64,000 nucleotides of DNA from contig CAWEYH010000010.1 of NCBI GenBank assembly GCA_963813275.1, positions 127,530-191,529 of the forward strand, given 5' to 3'. The translations under genes and the position numbers were made by a program. The number at the start of each line of letters is the position of its first letter. Positions within the stretch are counted from its first letter, which is position 1. Source of the stretch: an uncultured Actinomycetota bacterium. GTDB lineage: Bacteria > Actinomycetota > Actinomycetes > Mycobacteriales > Mycobacteriaceae. The notes under the pieces are model-generated. The model was not told where the DNA came from and did no database searches. It saw only the letters and a list, made by a program, of their open reading frames with translations. Of the stretch, positions 23,158 through 34,589 are shown piece by piece.

Positions 23158-23991
23158 TCAACTTCCCAACTCAATCGGGGCGCCCACAAGGGAGCCGTAT
23201 TCCGTCCAACTGCCGTCGTAGTTCTTGACGTTCTTGTGTCCCAACAGCTCCTGCAGCACGAACCAGGTGTGCGACGAGCGCTCACCGATCCGGCAGTAGG
23301 CGATGGTCTCCTTCTCGCCGTCCAGCCCGGCCTCGGCGTACAGCTTGGCCAGATCCTCATCGGACTTGAAGGTTCCGTCCTCGTTGGCCGCCTTGCTCCA
23401 CGGAACGTTGATGGCGCCGGGGATATGCCCTGGCCGCTGGCTTTGTTCCTGCGGCAGGTGTGCGGGGGCGAGAATCTTGCCGGAGAACTCGTCGGGCGAC
23501 CGCACGTCGACCAGGTTCTTGCTGTTGATCGCGTCGATCACCTCGTCGCGGAACGCGCGAATGCTGTTGTCCGGCTGCTTGGCGGTGTAGCTGGTGGCCG
23601 GGCGGCTCACCGTGTCGGAGGACAACGGCCTGCCGTCGAGCTCCCATTTCTTGCGGCCGCCGTCGAGCAGCTTGACCTTGTCGTGGCCGTAGAGCTTGAA
23701 GTACCAGTACGCGTAAGCGGCGAACCAGTTGTTGTTGCCGCCGTAGAGGATGACGGTGTCGTCGTTGCCGATGCCGCGGTCGGACAACAGCTTCGAGAAC
23801 TGCTGAGCGTCAACGAAATCGCGCTTGACCGGGTCCTGCAGGTCTGTCTTCCAGTCCAGCTTGACCGCGCCGGCGATGTGTCCGCCGTCGTAGGCGGACG
23901 TGTCCTCGTCGACCTCGACGAAGACGGTGTTGGGTGCGTCGAGATTGCTCTCGGCCCAGTCGGTCGAGACCAGGACGTCGGAGCGAGCCAT
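23158..23991 (-). CDS. cysA: thiosulfate sulfurtransferase (rhodanese, CysA2/CysA3-like)
   Basis: Two rhodanese domains, CRIGERS active site, YDGSWTE. Confidence 0.95.
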   Translation of the reverse strand: MARSDVLVSTDWAESNLDAPNTVFVEVDEDTSAYDGGHIAGAVKLDWKTDLQDPVKRDFVDAQQFSKLLSDRGIGNDDTVILYGGNNNWFAAYAYWYFKLYGHDKVKLLDGGRKKWELDGRPLSSDTVSRPATSYTAKQPDNSIRAFRDEVIDAINSKNLVDVRSPDEFSGKILAPAHLPQEQSQRPGHIPGAINVPWSKAANEDGTFKSDEDLAKLYAEAGLDGEKETIAYCRIGERSSHTWFVLQELLGHKNVKNYDGSWTEYGSLVGAPIELGS

Positions 23992-24028
23992 ATAGGGAAA
24001 TCCTTTCGGTTGCTTGGTGTTCGAGGTT

Positions 24029-24503
24029 CTACGCGGGGGTGGGATAGCGGCGCAGTCGAGCCACTAACGGGTAGAGCTGGCAGCCGAGGCAGATCGCGAA
24101 GGCGGCGTTGAGGAACGCGGCCACCAACGCGAAGCCGGTGGCGACGAGACCAAGTATGGACAGGCCGGTGGCGAATCCGACGACGCCGACGACGGCGAAC
24201 ACGAATCCGACCAGCTGGGCGAACTTGAGCGGCGGCACCGGCTCCCGCTCGGTGACCGGCGCCAGCCGCGGGGCGATGAGCTTCGCGAAGACCAGGCCGT
24301 ACGGATGTTTGCGGGGGCCGCCGAGCGCCCCGATGGCGAACACGACGGCCTGTATCCCGAGGATGATGGCGGCGGCGACGACGCTGATGCTCGACACGAT
24401 GCAGCGTGATCACCAGAACCGCCGTGGTGACCCACGCCGCGAAGCGGGGTCCCCGGACGTCGACCTGGTCGACAGTGTCAGTTGTGTTGGTGGGCGATCC
24501 CAT
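24029..24503 (-). CDS. DUF4395 membrane protein (frameshift near 24400)
   Basis: VDVRGPRFAAW, PLKFAQLVG, LNAAFAICLGC. Confidence 0.85.
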
Positions 24504-24596
24504 GGAAGTCACACTCCTGTGTTGCGTTGGTAGGGCTGGTTGCGAGCAGGCCACATGGCCGCTCCGAGCGAGCGCGCGAAGACCGCGCAGCTGCGC

Positions 24597-24689
24597 TCAG
24601 CAGCTACAACAACAACAGCAAGAACCCGCGACGCGGCACAGATCGACTGCGCGACGCTTGGTGAGCATCACCACGAGGCGGGCGGACAC
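24597..24689 (-). CDS. poly-cysteine leader peptide (Ms5788A-type attenuator sORF)
   Basis: MSARLVVMLTKRRAVDLCRVAGSCCCCCSC*; TAAGCT -10 box 7 nt upstream (leaderless); precedes the DUF4395-cysA-sseC operon. Confidence 0.9.
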   Translation of the reverse strand: MSARLVVMLTKRRAVDLCRVAGSCCCCCSC

Positions 24690-24718
24690 GCCGGTCAGCT
24701 TACCCAATGACATGGTGA

Positions 24719-25150
24719 TCAGGCCAACAGCGGTTCAAGCGCCGACCGCAGGTCAGCAGCTGTGGGGACGCCGGCGGTGCGGTACCGCTGGCGTCCGTCG
24801 GCGTCGAAGATGAACGTCGTCGGCAGCGACAGCACCGAAAGTCGCCGGGCGGCTGCCGGATTGGCGTCCATGTCGATCTCCACGTGCGCGACCCCGGGCA
24901 GGTCGGCGCAGACCTGGTCGACGACCCGGCGCACCCCTGCGCACGGCCCGCACCACACCGCGCTGAAATGCACGACGGTCGGACCCGTGCTGGAAAGGCC
25001 CAGGTCGGAGTTGTCGACGGGGTCCGCACCAGCCGGCGCGGGGGTCTCCTTCAGCAGCCCGGCGCGCAGCGCGATCAGCCTGTTGATCACGTAGGCCATG
25101 CCAAACGCCGCGATGAGCACGGCGATGACGGCAAACAGCGATGGGCTCAT
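24719..25150 (-). CDS. thiX: membrane-anchored thioredoxin
   Basis: WCGPC motif with an N-terminal TM segment. Confidence 0.88.
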   Translation of the reverse strand: MSPSLFAVIAVLIAAFGMAYVINRLIALRAGLLKETPAPAGADPVDNSDLGLSSTGPTVVHFSAVWCGPCAGVRRVVDQVCADLPGVAHVEIDMDANPAAARRLSVLSLPTTFIFDADGRQRYRTAGVPTAADLRSALEPLLA

Positions 25151-25944
25151 GACTGATTGAACTCATTCAGCGCGATCGTTACTCCCTCGGCGATGCCCTC
25201 GATGATGACATCGGAGCCACGAGCCCCCTCGCTGGTCGGAGCGATGCCGAACGGCAGCTTCAGTCCGGGCATGGAGGTGCTGAACGCGTCCAGCACGGCC
25301 TGCTTCTTGTCCTCGGGTACCTGCTGGTCGGCGGTGCCCGCGCCGGTGAGCACCCCGGTAGCGGTGAACACGAGCGTGGTCTGGTCCGGGCCCGCGATGG
25401 ACAGGTCCACCGAGACGCTGACCTTCTTGTCGAAGTGGGCGGCCTTGGGTGTGCCCGTGAAGACCACCCCTTTGTTGCCCGAGATGCCCGATTCGGTGGT
25501 GCCGCCGGTGGCGTTGTTGGTCTCCTTGGGCGGCGCCTCCACCAACAGGTCGGGGATGCCCATGAAGCGGCCGACGTGGGTGGAGTCGACGATGATCCGG
25601 CTCTCCGCCTTGCCCACCGGCAGTGCGGTCTTCGCGTCGATCAGCCAGGAGTCCCTTGGCAGGTCGATCGCGTACAGGGTGGCCTCGTAGGACACTTTGC
25701 CGACGACGGGGTGACCAACGCCATTCGCCCGAATTTCGATCTGGTCGTAGTGCCGGTCCCTCGCCTGCGAAATGAATGGGAAACCGATGATCCCGACCCA
25801 CGGGTCGAACGTCAGCCGTGCTTCGGTGCGAACGGCCCTGGCCAGGCGGTATTCGGCGTAGATCGCCGCCGCGAAATCGGCGCCGACCGCCGCGACCGCT
25901 ATCACGGCCACGACCGATGTCAACGCGATCAGCAGCTTGCGCAC
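25147..25944 (-). CDS. lmeA: mannan chain length control protein LmeA (DUF2993)
   Basis: ADFAAAIYAEYRLAR, GGTTESGIS, GARGSDVIIEG; synteny with glnR. Confidence 0.85.
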   Translation of the reverse strand: MRKLLIALTSVVAVIAVAAVGADFAAAIYAEYRLARAVRTEARLTFDPWVGIIGFPFISQARDRHYDQIEIRANGVGHPVVGKVSYEATLYAIDLPRDSWLIDAKTALPVGKAESRIIVDSTHVGRFMGIPDLLVEAPPKETNNATGGTTESGISGNKGVVFTGTPKAAHFDKKVSVSVDLSIAGPDQTTLVFTATGVLTGAGTADQQVPEDKKQAVLDAFSTSMPGLKLPFGIAPTSEGARGSDVIIEGIAEGVTIALNEFNQS

Positions 25945-26111
25945 CCGCACATTCTGTCCCACCGGACTCGTCGCGCCTCGCTCGGAGCGGCAAATCAGCA
26001 GGTGACGAGTTATCGTATGGGCACCGGTAACGGCCAGATGTCGGCCAAGAATCCGGGAGGTATCCCGGACGGCGCTGTCCGCACATATCTGACCTGCGCG
26101 CTGGAGGGCCC

Positions 26112-27787
<1,676 letters not shown>

Positions 27788-27842
27788 CTATGTCACCTGC
27801 CCCATTGCCTCTCGCGGTGTGCTGTGCATCAATGGACATGGG

Positions 27843-28385
27843 ATGGCAGGAGAGAATTCCATCTACCGTGCCGACATCTCGAGCGGTCTCGACCGCGCCC
27901 GCGTCGACTTCCATCGGCTGCTGGTCGAGGCAGATCGTGAAGCCGCATGGGAGAGCCCCACGCGCGGGACACGCTGGAACAACGAACAGTTGTTGTTCCA
28001 CATAGTGTTTGGCTACATGGTCGTGCAGCGGCTGCTCATCTTGGTGAAAGTGTTCACACGGATGCCCGATCCAGTCAGCCGCGCGTTCGCGAGCCTGCTC
28101 AACGGCGCAACCCGACCGTTTGACGCCATCAACTACTACGGCTCCTGCGTCGCCGCTATCTTCTACAACCGCCGCCATATGGGAGCGAAGGTGGATCGTG
28201 TCCTTGCCGCGTTGAAGCGCAGACTGGCACGCGAATCCGAACAGTCACTTCGCCGCGGTATGCATTTTCCGACCCGGTGGCATCCGTTCTTCAAGGACTA
28301 CATGACACTCGCAGACGTCTACCGTTTTCCCGGTCAGCACTTCGACTTCCATCGTCGGCAACTAGCCTTGGGTTCAGGGGACTGA
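27843..28385 (+). CDS. DinB family protein
   Basis: GTRWNNEQLLFHIVFGY, FPTRWHPFF, HFDFHRRQL. Confidence 0.8.
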   Translation: MAGENSIYRADISSGLDRARVDFHRLLVEADREAAWESPTRGTRWNNEQLLFHIVFGYMVVQRLLILVKVFTRMPDPVSRAFASLLNGATRPFDAINYYGSCVAAIFYNRRHMGAKVDRVLAALKRRLARESEQSLRRGMHFPTRWHPFFKDYMTLADVYRFPGQHFDFHRRQLALGSGD

Positions 28386-28400
28386 TGGCGTCGGGCTGGC

Positions 28401-28760
28401 CTACTTGCAGCAATTGGGATCGAGGACGGCACACAGCGCCGCGACCGCATCGCTGTGGGGGCGGTGGTACACATTCATGCCGCGGCGGTCGGATTCCACC
28501 AGACCGGCGCGGCGCAGTTGACTGAGGTGGTGGCTGACGGTCGACTCGGTCAACCCGAGAGCTGTCGCCAGTTCGCCGCTGTTCTCCTCGCCCATCTCGG
28601 AGCTGAACAGAAACGACATGATCTTCACTCGAGCGGGATCGGCGAGGGCTTTGAGCCGCAATGCCACCTGCAGAGCGTCATCATCGCTCATCGGTCCGGC
28701 CGCAACAGGTGCGCAACACACGGGAGCGGAGATGTCGACCATCGGTAGCGTCTTCGGCAC
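28401..28760 (-). CDS. ArsR-family regulator (Rv2640c-like)
   Basis: PKTLPMVDISAPVCCAP, LKALADPAR, STVSHHL, C-terminal CC. Confidence 0.9.
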   Translation of the reverse strand: MPKTLPMVDISAPVCCAPVAAGPMSDDDALQVALRLKALADPARVKIMSFLFSSEMGEENSGELATALGLTESTVSHHLSQLRRAGLVESDRRGMNVYHRPHSDAVAALCAVLDPNCCK

Positions 28761-28782
28761 GAAGACGATCTTGCCAGAAGGA

Positions 28783-28839
28783 TTGACATATATCAAAAAG
28801 GTGACATCCTGAGAGGGAGCCTAGTTCGATATATGTCAC
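28783..28839. promoter_or_regulatory. paired ArsR-type operators between the divergent arsR and arsI genes
   Basis: TTGACATATATCAA (28783-28796) and TCGATATATGTCAC (28826-28839) near-palindromes. Confidence 0.65.
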
Positions 28840-28859
28840 ACAGGTAGGAAGGATCAACC

Positions 28860-29333
28860 ATGTCTCGTGTCCAACTCGCCCTCAACGTCGATGACCTCGA
28901 CGAAGCGGTCACGTTCTACTCCAAGCTCTTCAACGTCGAGCCCGCCAAGCGCAAGCCCGGCTACGCCAACTTCGCCGTCGCTGAGCCGCCGTTGAAGCTC
29001 GTGCTCATTGAGAACCCCGGCCATGGCGGCAGTTTGAACCATCTCGGCGTCGAAGTGGGGACAAGCGAGACGGTGCACCAGGAGATCGCCCGGCTTAGCG
29101 CAGAGGGCTTGTTCACCGACGAGGAGATTGGCACCACGTGCTGCTTTGCGAAGCAAGACAAGGTCTGGGTGACGGGGCCAGCCGGCGAGAGGTGGGAGGT
29201 GTACACCGTGCTAGCCGACTCCGACACCTTCGGATCAAGCCCCAAGCAGCCCGGCGCGGATGGCGAACCGGTGTGCTGTGGCGAGGCCGAAGCAGATGGC
29301 GATACGGTGCGCGCCAGCGCCGCTTGCTGTTAG
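28860..29333 (+). CDS. cadI: ArsI/CadI VOC-family organoarsenical lyase
   Basis: MSRVQLALNV, LNHLGVEV, TTCCFAKQDKVW (vicinal Cys), WEVY. Confidence 0.92.
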   Translation: MSRVQLALNVDDLDEAVTFYSKLFNVEPAKRKPGYANFAVAEPPLKLVLIENPGHGGSLNHLGVEVGTSETVHQEIARLSAEGLFTDEEIGTTCCFAKQDKVWVTGPAGERWEVYTVLADSDTFGSSPKQPGADGEPVCCGEAEADGDTVRASAACC

Positions 29334-29417
29334 CGCCGTCGATGGTGGCTGGTCCTGTCGAAGCACAATCGCAGGACCAGCCCACCGCATTCCAACAGGT
29401 GTTCGTTTGCGAACTAT

Positions 29418-29449
29418 TTCGATCGCTGTCAATATTGATGGATGTCGAA
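29418..29449. promoter_or_regulatory. ArsR operator overlapping the arsR start
   Basis: Symmetric TTCGA-N6-TCAATATTGA-N6-TCGAA. Confidence 0.65.
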
Positions 29450-29822
29450 TCGCATACCGGAAGCTGATTTCGTGCGCTGCCCGGTTCAACCTTTGGTCCG
29501 AGAACCGCTGAGTGCGCAGGCGGCCGTGAGTGTGGCGGCGAAGTTCAAGGCACTGTCGGATCCGGTGCGTTTGCGTCTGCTCTCCTCCATCGCCAGTCGT
29601 GCGGGCAGTGAGTCATGCGTATGCGACATCTCGGCCGATGTCGATGTGTCGCAACCGACGATCTCTCATCACCTCAAAGTGCTCCGCGATGCTGGCCTGC
29701 TGACGTCTGAGCGCCGTGCGTCCTGGGTGTACTACAGCGCCGTTCCGGAAGCACTCTCGATTCTGTCGTCGCTGCTGAATGTCGGGCCTGGGGCCGAACC
29801 GACCGTCGGACTGCCGGTATGA
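29442..29822 (+). CDS. arsR: ArsR/SmtB repressor
   Basis: FKALSDPVRL, ESCVCDI, SQPTISHHLKVL. Confidence 0.92.
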   Translation: MSNRIPEADFVRCPVQPLVREPLSAQAAVSVAAKFKALSDPVRLRLLSSIASRAGSESCVCDISADVDVSQPTISHHLKVLRDAGLLTSERRASWVYYSAVPEALSILSSLLNVGPGAEPTVGLPV

Positions 29823-30943
29823 CCGATACCACGGCGCAAAATGAAGCGCCGACAGTCGTGGCCAAGCTGTCCACCCTCAACCGGTTTCTGCCCGTCTGGA
29901 TCGGAATGGCCATGGCGGCCGGTCTGCTACTGGGCCGCTGGATTCCTGGCCTGAACACCGTGGTGGAAAAGGTTCAAGTCGACGGGATTTCGCTCCCCAT
30001 CGCGGTGGGGCTGCTGATCATGATGTATCCGGTACTCGCCAAGGTCCGCTACGACCGGCTCGATTCCGTCACCGGCGACAGAAAGCTCCTTATCAGCTCC
30101 CTTCTGCTGAACTGGTTGGTCGGTCCGGCGCTGATGTTCGCATTGGCGTGGCTGTTGCTACCGGACCTGCCCGAATACCGCACCGGTTTGATCATCGTCG
30201 GATTGGCGCGGTGCATCGCCATGGTGATCATCTGGAACGACCTGGCCTGCGGTGACCGCGAAGCTGCTGCCGTCCTTGTGGCACTCAACTCGCTCTTCCA
30301 GGTGGCGATGTTCGCCGTGCTGGGTTGGTTCTACCTGTCAGTGCTGCCAGGCTGGCTGGGGCTGGAGCAGACGACGATATCCACCTCGCCCTGGCAGATC
30401 GCCAAGTCTGTGCTGATCTTCCTGGGCATCCCCCTGCTGGCTGGATATCTGTCGCGGCGCCTCGGCGAGCGGGCGAAGGGACGCGAGTGGTACGAGTCGA
30501 AGTTTCTCCCGCGAGTGGGGCCGTGGGCGCTTTACGGACTTCTCTTCACCATCGTGATTCTCTTTGCGCTGCAAGGTGATCAGATCACCAATCGTCCCCT
30601 GGACGTCGCCCGGATCGCGCTGCCGCTGCTGGTCTACTTCGCCGTGATGTGGGGCGGAGGTTATCTACTCGGCGCCGTGCTGGGATTGGGGTATGAGCGC
30701 ACCACCACGTTGGCGTTCACGGCCGCAGGCAACAACTTCGAACTAGCCATCGCTGTCGCCATCGCCACGTACGGGGCCAGTTCTGGCCAAGCCCTCGCCG
30801 GGGTGGTCGGGCCGCTGATCGAAGTACCGGTCCTTGTCGCGTTGGTCTACGTTTCGCTCGCACTGCGTCGTCGATTCACCGACAGGGGCAAAATCAATTT
30901 GACGCCGACACCGACAAGCGAGAAGCAGGCGTCAGGGCAATGA
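29819..30943 (+). CDS. acr3: Acr3-family arsenite efflux transporter
   Basis: MMYPVLAKV, GLARCIAMV, GNNFELAIA, GPLIEVPV. Confidence 0.96.
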   Translation: MTDTTAQNEAPTVVAKLSTLNRFLPVWIGMAMAAGLLLGRWIPGLNTVVEKVQVDGISLPIAVGLLIMMYPVLAKVRYDRLDSVTGDRKLLISSLLLNWLVGPALMFALAWLLLPDLPEYRTGLIIVGLARCIAMVIIWNDLACGDREAAAVLVALNSLFQVAMFAVLGWFYLSVLPGWLGLEQTTISTSPWQIAKSVLIFLGIPLLAGYLSRRLGERAKGREWYESKFLPRVGPWALYGLLFTIVILFALQGDQITNRPLDVARIALPLLVYFAVMWGGGYLLGAVLGLGYERTTTLAFTAAGNNFELAIAVAIATYGASSGQALAGVVGPLIEVPVLVALVYVSLALRRRFTDRGKINLTPTPTSEKQASGQ

Positions 30944-31365
30944 GCCAACGAACCAAGCCGGCAGTCTTGTTTGTGTGCGTCAAGAACGCCGGCAAATCTC
31001 AGATGGCGGCTGGTCTCATGCGCCAGGCGGTCGGCGACACCGTGGACGTCTACTCAGCAGGCACCAAGCCTGGCGACGCCATCAACGAACTGTCCGCGCA
31101 GACCCTCGCCGAAGTCGGCGTCGATATCACCGAAGAAAAGCCCAAACCCATTGACCCGCAACTGCTGCGCGATGTCGACGTCGTCATCACTCTCGGGCGA
31201 GAAGCCCACGTCGACCCGCCTCCAGGCACCCGATTCGAGAACTGGGACACCGACGAACCCTCTGAACGCGGCATTGACGGCATCGAGCGCATGCGTCTTG
31301 TTCGTGACGACATTGCCGCGCGCGTCGCTGATCTTTACACCCGACTCCAAGCGCGTTCCGCGTAA
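30940..31365 (+). CDS. arsC: single-Cys LMW-PTP-fold arsenate reductase (mycothiol-dependent type)
   Basis: P-loop CVKNAGKS (CX5K), no resolving Cys pair, WDTDEPS. Confidence 0.85.
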   Translation: MSQRTKPAVLFVCVKNAGKSQMAAGLMRQAVGDTVDVYSAGTKPGDAINELSAQTLAEVGVDITEEKPKPIDPQLLRDVDVVITLGREAHVDPPPGTRFENWDTDEPSERGIDGIERMRLVRDDIAARVADLYTRLQARSA

Positions 31366-31401
31366 CCACCATGGAGCACACTCGAAGTGGCCGCGGACAT
31401 C

Positions 31402-32490
31402 TCAGGTGATGGTGTTGATGGCGTCCGACACCTTCTTTTGGAAGTCGGGAGGCATGGGGATATACCCGCTCTTGTTAAGGTCAGTCTGCCCAATCGTGAT
31501 GGTGGACTGCAGGAACCCCTTAACGGCTTTGCCGACCTCGGGGTCGGGGTATTTGGAGCACACAAGCTCGTAGCTGGCTAAAAGGATTGGGTAGACCCCC
31601 TTTTCAGTTGTGCTGTAGATCGATGATAGGTCGAGCACAATGCCGTTGCCCTGGGCATTGATCTTGGCACCGGCGATGGTCTTGCCGACCCAGTCGTCGC
31701 CGATGTGGACGATGCCGGCCGAGGTCTTGATGTCAGCCGCGGCCAATCCCTGGTCCATGGCGAACGACCACTCGTTGTAGCTGATCGCACCCTCGGTGTT
31801 CTTCACCATCGCCGAGGTGCCCTCGTTTCCGGGAGCACCTTGACCCGCCCCGCCCTGAAACACCTTGCCGTTACCGCGGTTCCATGCCCCCGCCGAGGCA
31901 GCTTGGAGGTACCGCTGGAAATTGTCGGTGGTCCCGGATTCATCGCTGCGGTAGACGACGTGGATGTCCTCGGCTGGCATGGATCCGTTCAGCGCGGTGA
32001 TCGCCGGGTCATCCCATCGCGTGATAGTGCCGCTGAATATCCTGGCCAGCGTGGGTGCGTCGAGTGTCAGGACGTCGACCGCGCTGAGGTTGTAGGTGAT
32101 CGCCAGCGGGCCGAATACCACCGGGAGGTTCAAGGCGTCTGCCCCGCCGCATCGCTGCTTGGCTGTGGCGTACTCTTCACCGGCCAGAGGTGAGTCTGAG
32201 CCACCGAAATCGGTCTTGCCGCCGAGGAACTCCTTGATTCCTGCCCCGGAACCGTTGGAGGTGTAGTTCAGGGTCTTTCCGGGGCATGCGTCCCGGTAGG
32301 CCTTGATGAATCGGGTCATCGCGTTGGCCTGAGCGGTGGAGCCGCTCGCTGTCAGATCTTGCTTGCCGGCGCAGTCCACCTTGGCGTCCTTGGCGTATGG
32401 CTGCACGGGGCCACTGGTCGAACATGCTGATATCAGCAGGGCGCTAGCCACCAGCAGGCCCGCCGTGGCGTGGCGTCGGTTGTGCTTCAT
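31402..32490 (-). CDS. pstS: phosphate-binding lipoprotein PstS, extra copy
   Basis: Lipobox [28 protein letters not shown]; AAGGAG RBS. Confidence 0.93.
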   Translation of the reverse strand: MKHNRRHATAGLLVASALLISACSTSGPVQPYAKDAKVDCAGKQDLTASGSTAQANAMTRFIKAYRDACPGKTLNYTSNGSGAGIKEFLGGKTDFGGSDSPLAGEEYATAKQRCGGADALNLPVVFGPLAITYNLSAVDVLTLDAPTLARIFSGTITRWDDPAITALNGSMPAEDIHVVYRSDESGTTDNFQRYLQAASAGAWNRGNGKVFQGGAGQGAPGNEGTSAMVKNTEGAISYNEWSFAMDQGLAAADIKTSAGIVHIGDDWVGKTIAGAKINAQGNGIVLDLSSIYSTTEKGVYPILLASYELVCSKYPDPEVGKAVKGFLQSTITIGQTDLNKSGYIPMPPDFQKKVSDAINTIT

Positions 32491-32604
32491 GTCGTTTGTC
32501 TCCTTGAACGTGGCGACGCGGCCGGTTGGGACGTCTGGTCTGGAACGATGGGAAGTGTTGTGTGCCAACGCTGATGCTCTGCTGACATTGCAGGACGGGA
32601 GCGG

Positions 32605-32826
32605 CTAGTCGCCGAGCGGGCCGACATCAGCGATCAGAGCACGCCGTTGGCCGTCGAGGTGGTGTTGACGAACCCAGGCCTGCGGGAGACTTGGGTTGCG
32701 CAAGTCGGGGTAGACGTCGGCGACCCCAACGGCGACCTGGGCGGTCGGGTCGAGTTCGCGGGCACGCAGCGCGGCGCCGATGCCTGCGTCGCTACCGCCG
32801 ATCGCAACGATATGACGCTCTGCCAT
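32605..32826 (-). pseudogene. internally deleted FAD-dependent (CoA-disulfide reductase-like) oxidoreductase
   Basis: N-terminus IVAIGGSDAGIGAALRARELDP joined after about 40 aa to a C-terminal-like QAWVRQH segment. Confidence 0.7.
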
Positions 32827-32865
32827 TGCAGGCTCCAGTTGTCGAGCGATGGTAGCGGTGCAGCG

Positions 32866-33225
32866 CTATCGCTTAGGTGGCTTGTTCAGGTGTAGCGCGC
32901 GAACGACTGCGCGGGTCTGCCTCGGGGTGGGCAGCTGGTGGGTGACCTTGGTGACGGTGACCTCGATGTCGACAGAGTTGGGGTGCCCCTCACCCAGCTC
33001 GGCCACGATCTGGGCGGCTTGTCGCGCCGACAACGCCATCGCTCCGTTGAGGGCCAGCAGCGGCGAATATCCGGTGCGGGGTGCATCGTCGGGATAGCCA
33101 GCGCGCAGCCAGTCGATGATCGAGCCGAACATGCGGCCGATGCGTGCGCATGTGGTTGGGCGTTGGTGGCTGGCTGCGGAGGCAGAGCCAATTTCCGGCG
33201 ACGCGATGCGGGTGTGGTTACGCAC
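32866..33225 (-). CDS. DUF3349 family protein (start uncertain)
   Basis: IIDWLRAGYP...YSPLLAL...DIEVTVTKVT signature. Confidence 0.75.
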   Translation of the reverse strand: MRNHTRIASPEIGSASAASHQRPTTCARIGRMFGSIIDWLRAGYPDDAPRTGYSPLLALNGAMALSARQAAQIVAELGEGHPNSVDIEVTVTKVTHQLPTPRQTRAVVRALHLNKPPKR

Positions 33226-33886
33226 GGTCGGGCACGTGTAGGTCGGTCAGCAGCCGCCGGACCCGTTCCTCGATGTCGTCGCGGATCGGTCGAACGCCGT
33301 CGAGGTCTTGTCCGGCGGGATCGTCGAGAACCCATTCCTCGTAGCGGCGGCCGGGGAATACCGGGCAGGCATCACCGCAGCCCATGGTGATCACCATGTC
33401 GGCGGCCTGCACGATCTCGTCGGTCCAGGGTTTGGGGTACTCACCGGAGATGTCGATGCCAACCTCGGCCATCGCTTGCACCGCCGCGGGGCTGACTTCG
33501 TTGCCCGGTTCGGAGCCGCCTGACCAGGCCACTGCCCGATCACCGGCCATTTGGGTGAAGAACCCCATCGCCATCTGCGAGCGTCCGGCGTTGTGAGTGC
33601 ACAGAAACAACACGATGGGTTTGCCATCGCTGGATTTGCCTTCCACTTTGGCCAGTGCGCGAAGACGTTGGCGGGCAAAGCGTTCGGCCAGCAGCGGCAG
33701 GAAGTTCGCGATCGAGGCGCGCTTGGCGAACTGGTCATAGGAGGAGTGCAGAAACCGTTCGATGGTTTCCAAGCCGAACATGTCGGTGAACTCGTTCTGC
33801 AGCCGCGTCGCGGCGGTCTTGAGCGACAGCTTCTGATCGATGGACAGGTCGTTGCGCAGATGTGAGGCGGTGGCGTTCTCGGTCAT
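33218..33886 (-). CDS. arsC: thioredoxin-type arsenate reductase with N-terminal three-helix bundle (ArsC1'-like)
   Basis: CTHNAGRSQ, MGCGDACP, LDDPAG; N-terminal ETIERFLHSSY...FLPLLAERFARQRL. Confidence 0.9.
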   Translation of the reverse strand: MTENATASHLRNDLSIDQKLSLKTAATRLQNEFTDMFGLETIERFLHSSYDQFAKRASIANFLPLLAERFARQRLRALAKVEGKSSDGKPIVLFLCTHNAGRSQMAMGFFTQMAGDRAVAWSGGSEPGNEVSPAAVQAMAEVGIDISGEYPKPWTDEIVQAADMVITMGCGDACPVFPGRRYEEWVLDDPAGQDLDGVRPIRDDIEERVRRLLTDLHVPDRA

Positions 33887-33902
33887 GTGCTGCCTTTCGG
33901 TC

Positions 33903-34589
33903 TTAGGCGGACTGCACACAGGGAGCGAAATGCTCAATGCGCGTGATCAATTCGGCGAGTGTTCGATCGAATGTGTCTTTGGTGGGTGTGCGCACCGGAT
34001 CGGCGATCGACCAGTGAATGCGCCGCATGTCCGCAGGCAATTCCTCGTGGACGTTGTCGCACACCGCGATGACCAGGTCATCGTCGGCCAACACGTCGTC
34101 AAGGTGTTGTGGGATGCGAGGCTGCATCGGTAGGTCGTGGCGCTGCGCGGCCGCCAGGGCGCCGGGATGGACCTTCGCGGCCGGTTGAGTGCCTGCCGAC
34201 GTCGCCGGTACCGAACTGCGCCGGTTCCAGATGGCGGCCGCGAGCTGGCTACGTGCGGAGTTCTGCGTGCACACGAAGATCACCCGGTGGGCCCGTTGGG
34301 CGGTGGTAGGAATCATCGCCTCCAATGCGCCGTGATTGAGACGAAGGTAGGTGCGCCGACGGTCGGCCTCGGATCGGCGGCGCTGCACGACACCGGCTTC
34401 TTCGAGGACCCTGAGGTGGTGTGCGACCAGGTTCGACGGCAGGGACAGCATCGCCTGCAACTCACTGGGAGACGCGTCGGCCAAGAGCAGGTGATCGACG
34501 ACAGCGAGTCGACCAGGGTCGCCCAAGGCAGCGTGAATGGCGGCTCGTCGTTGCGGTGGGATTGGCTCGTCAAACATTGACTCAATCAT
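33903..34589 (-). CDS. ArsR HTH fused to an ArsC/LMW-PTP domain
   Basis: HAALGDPGRL...SNLVAHHL HTH, then FVCTQNSARSQ and HWSIADP. Confidence 0.88.
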   Translation of the reverse strand: MIESMFDEPIPPQRRAAIHAALGDPGRLAVVDHLLLADASPSELQAMLSLPSNLVAHHLRVLEEAGVVQRRRSEADRRRTYLRLNHGALEAMIPTTAQRAHRVIFVCTQNSARSQLAAAIWNRRSSVPATSAGTQPAAKVHPGALAAAQRHDLPMQPRIPQHLDDVLADDDLVIAVCDNVHEELPADMRRIHWSIADPVRTPTKDTFDRTLAELITRIEHFAPCVQSA

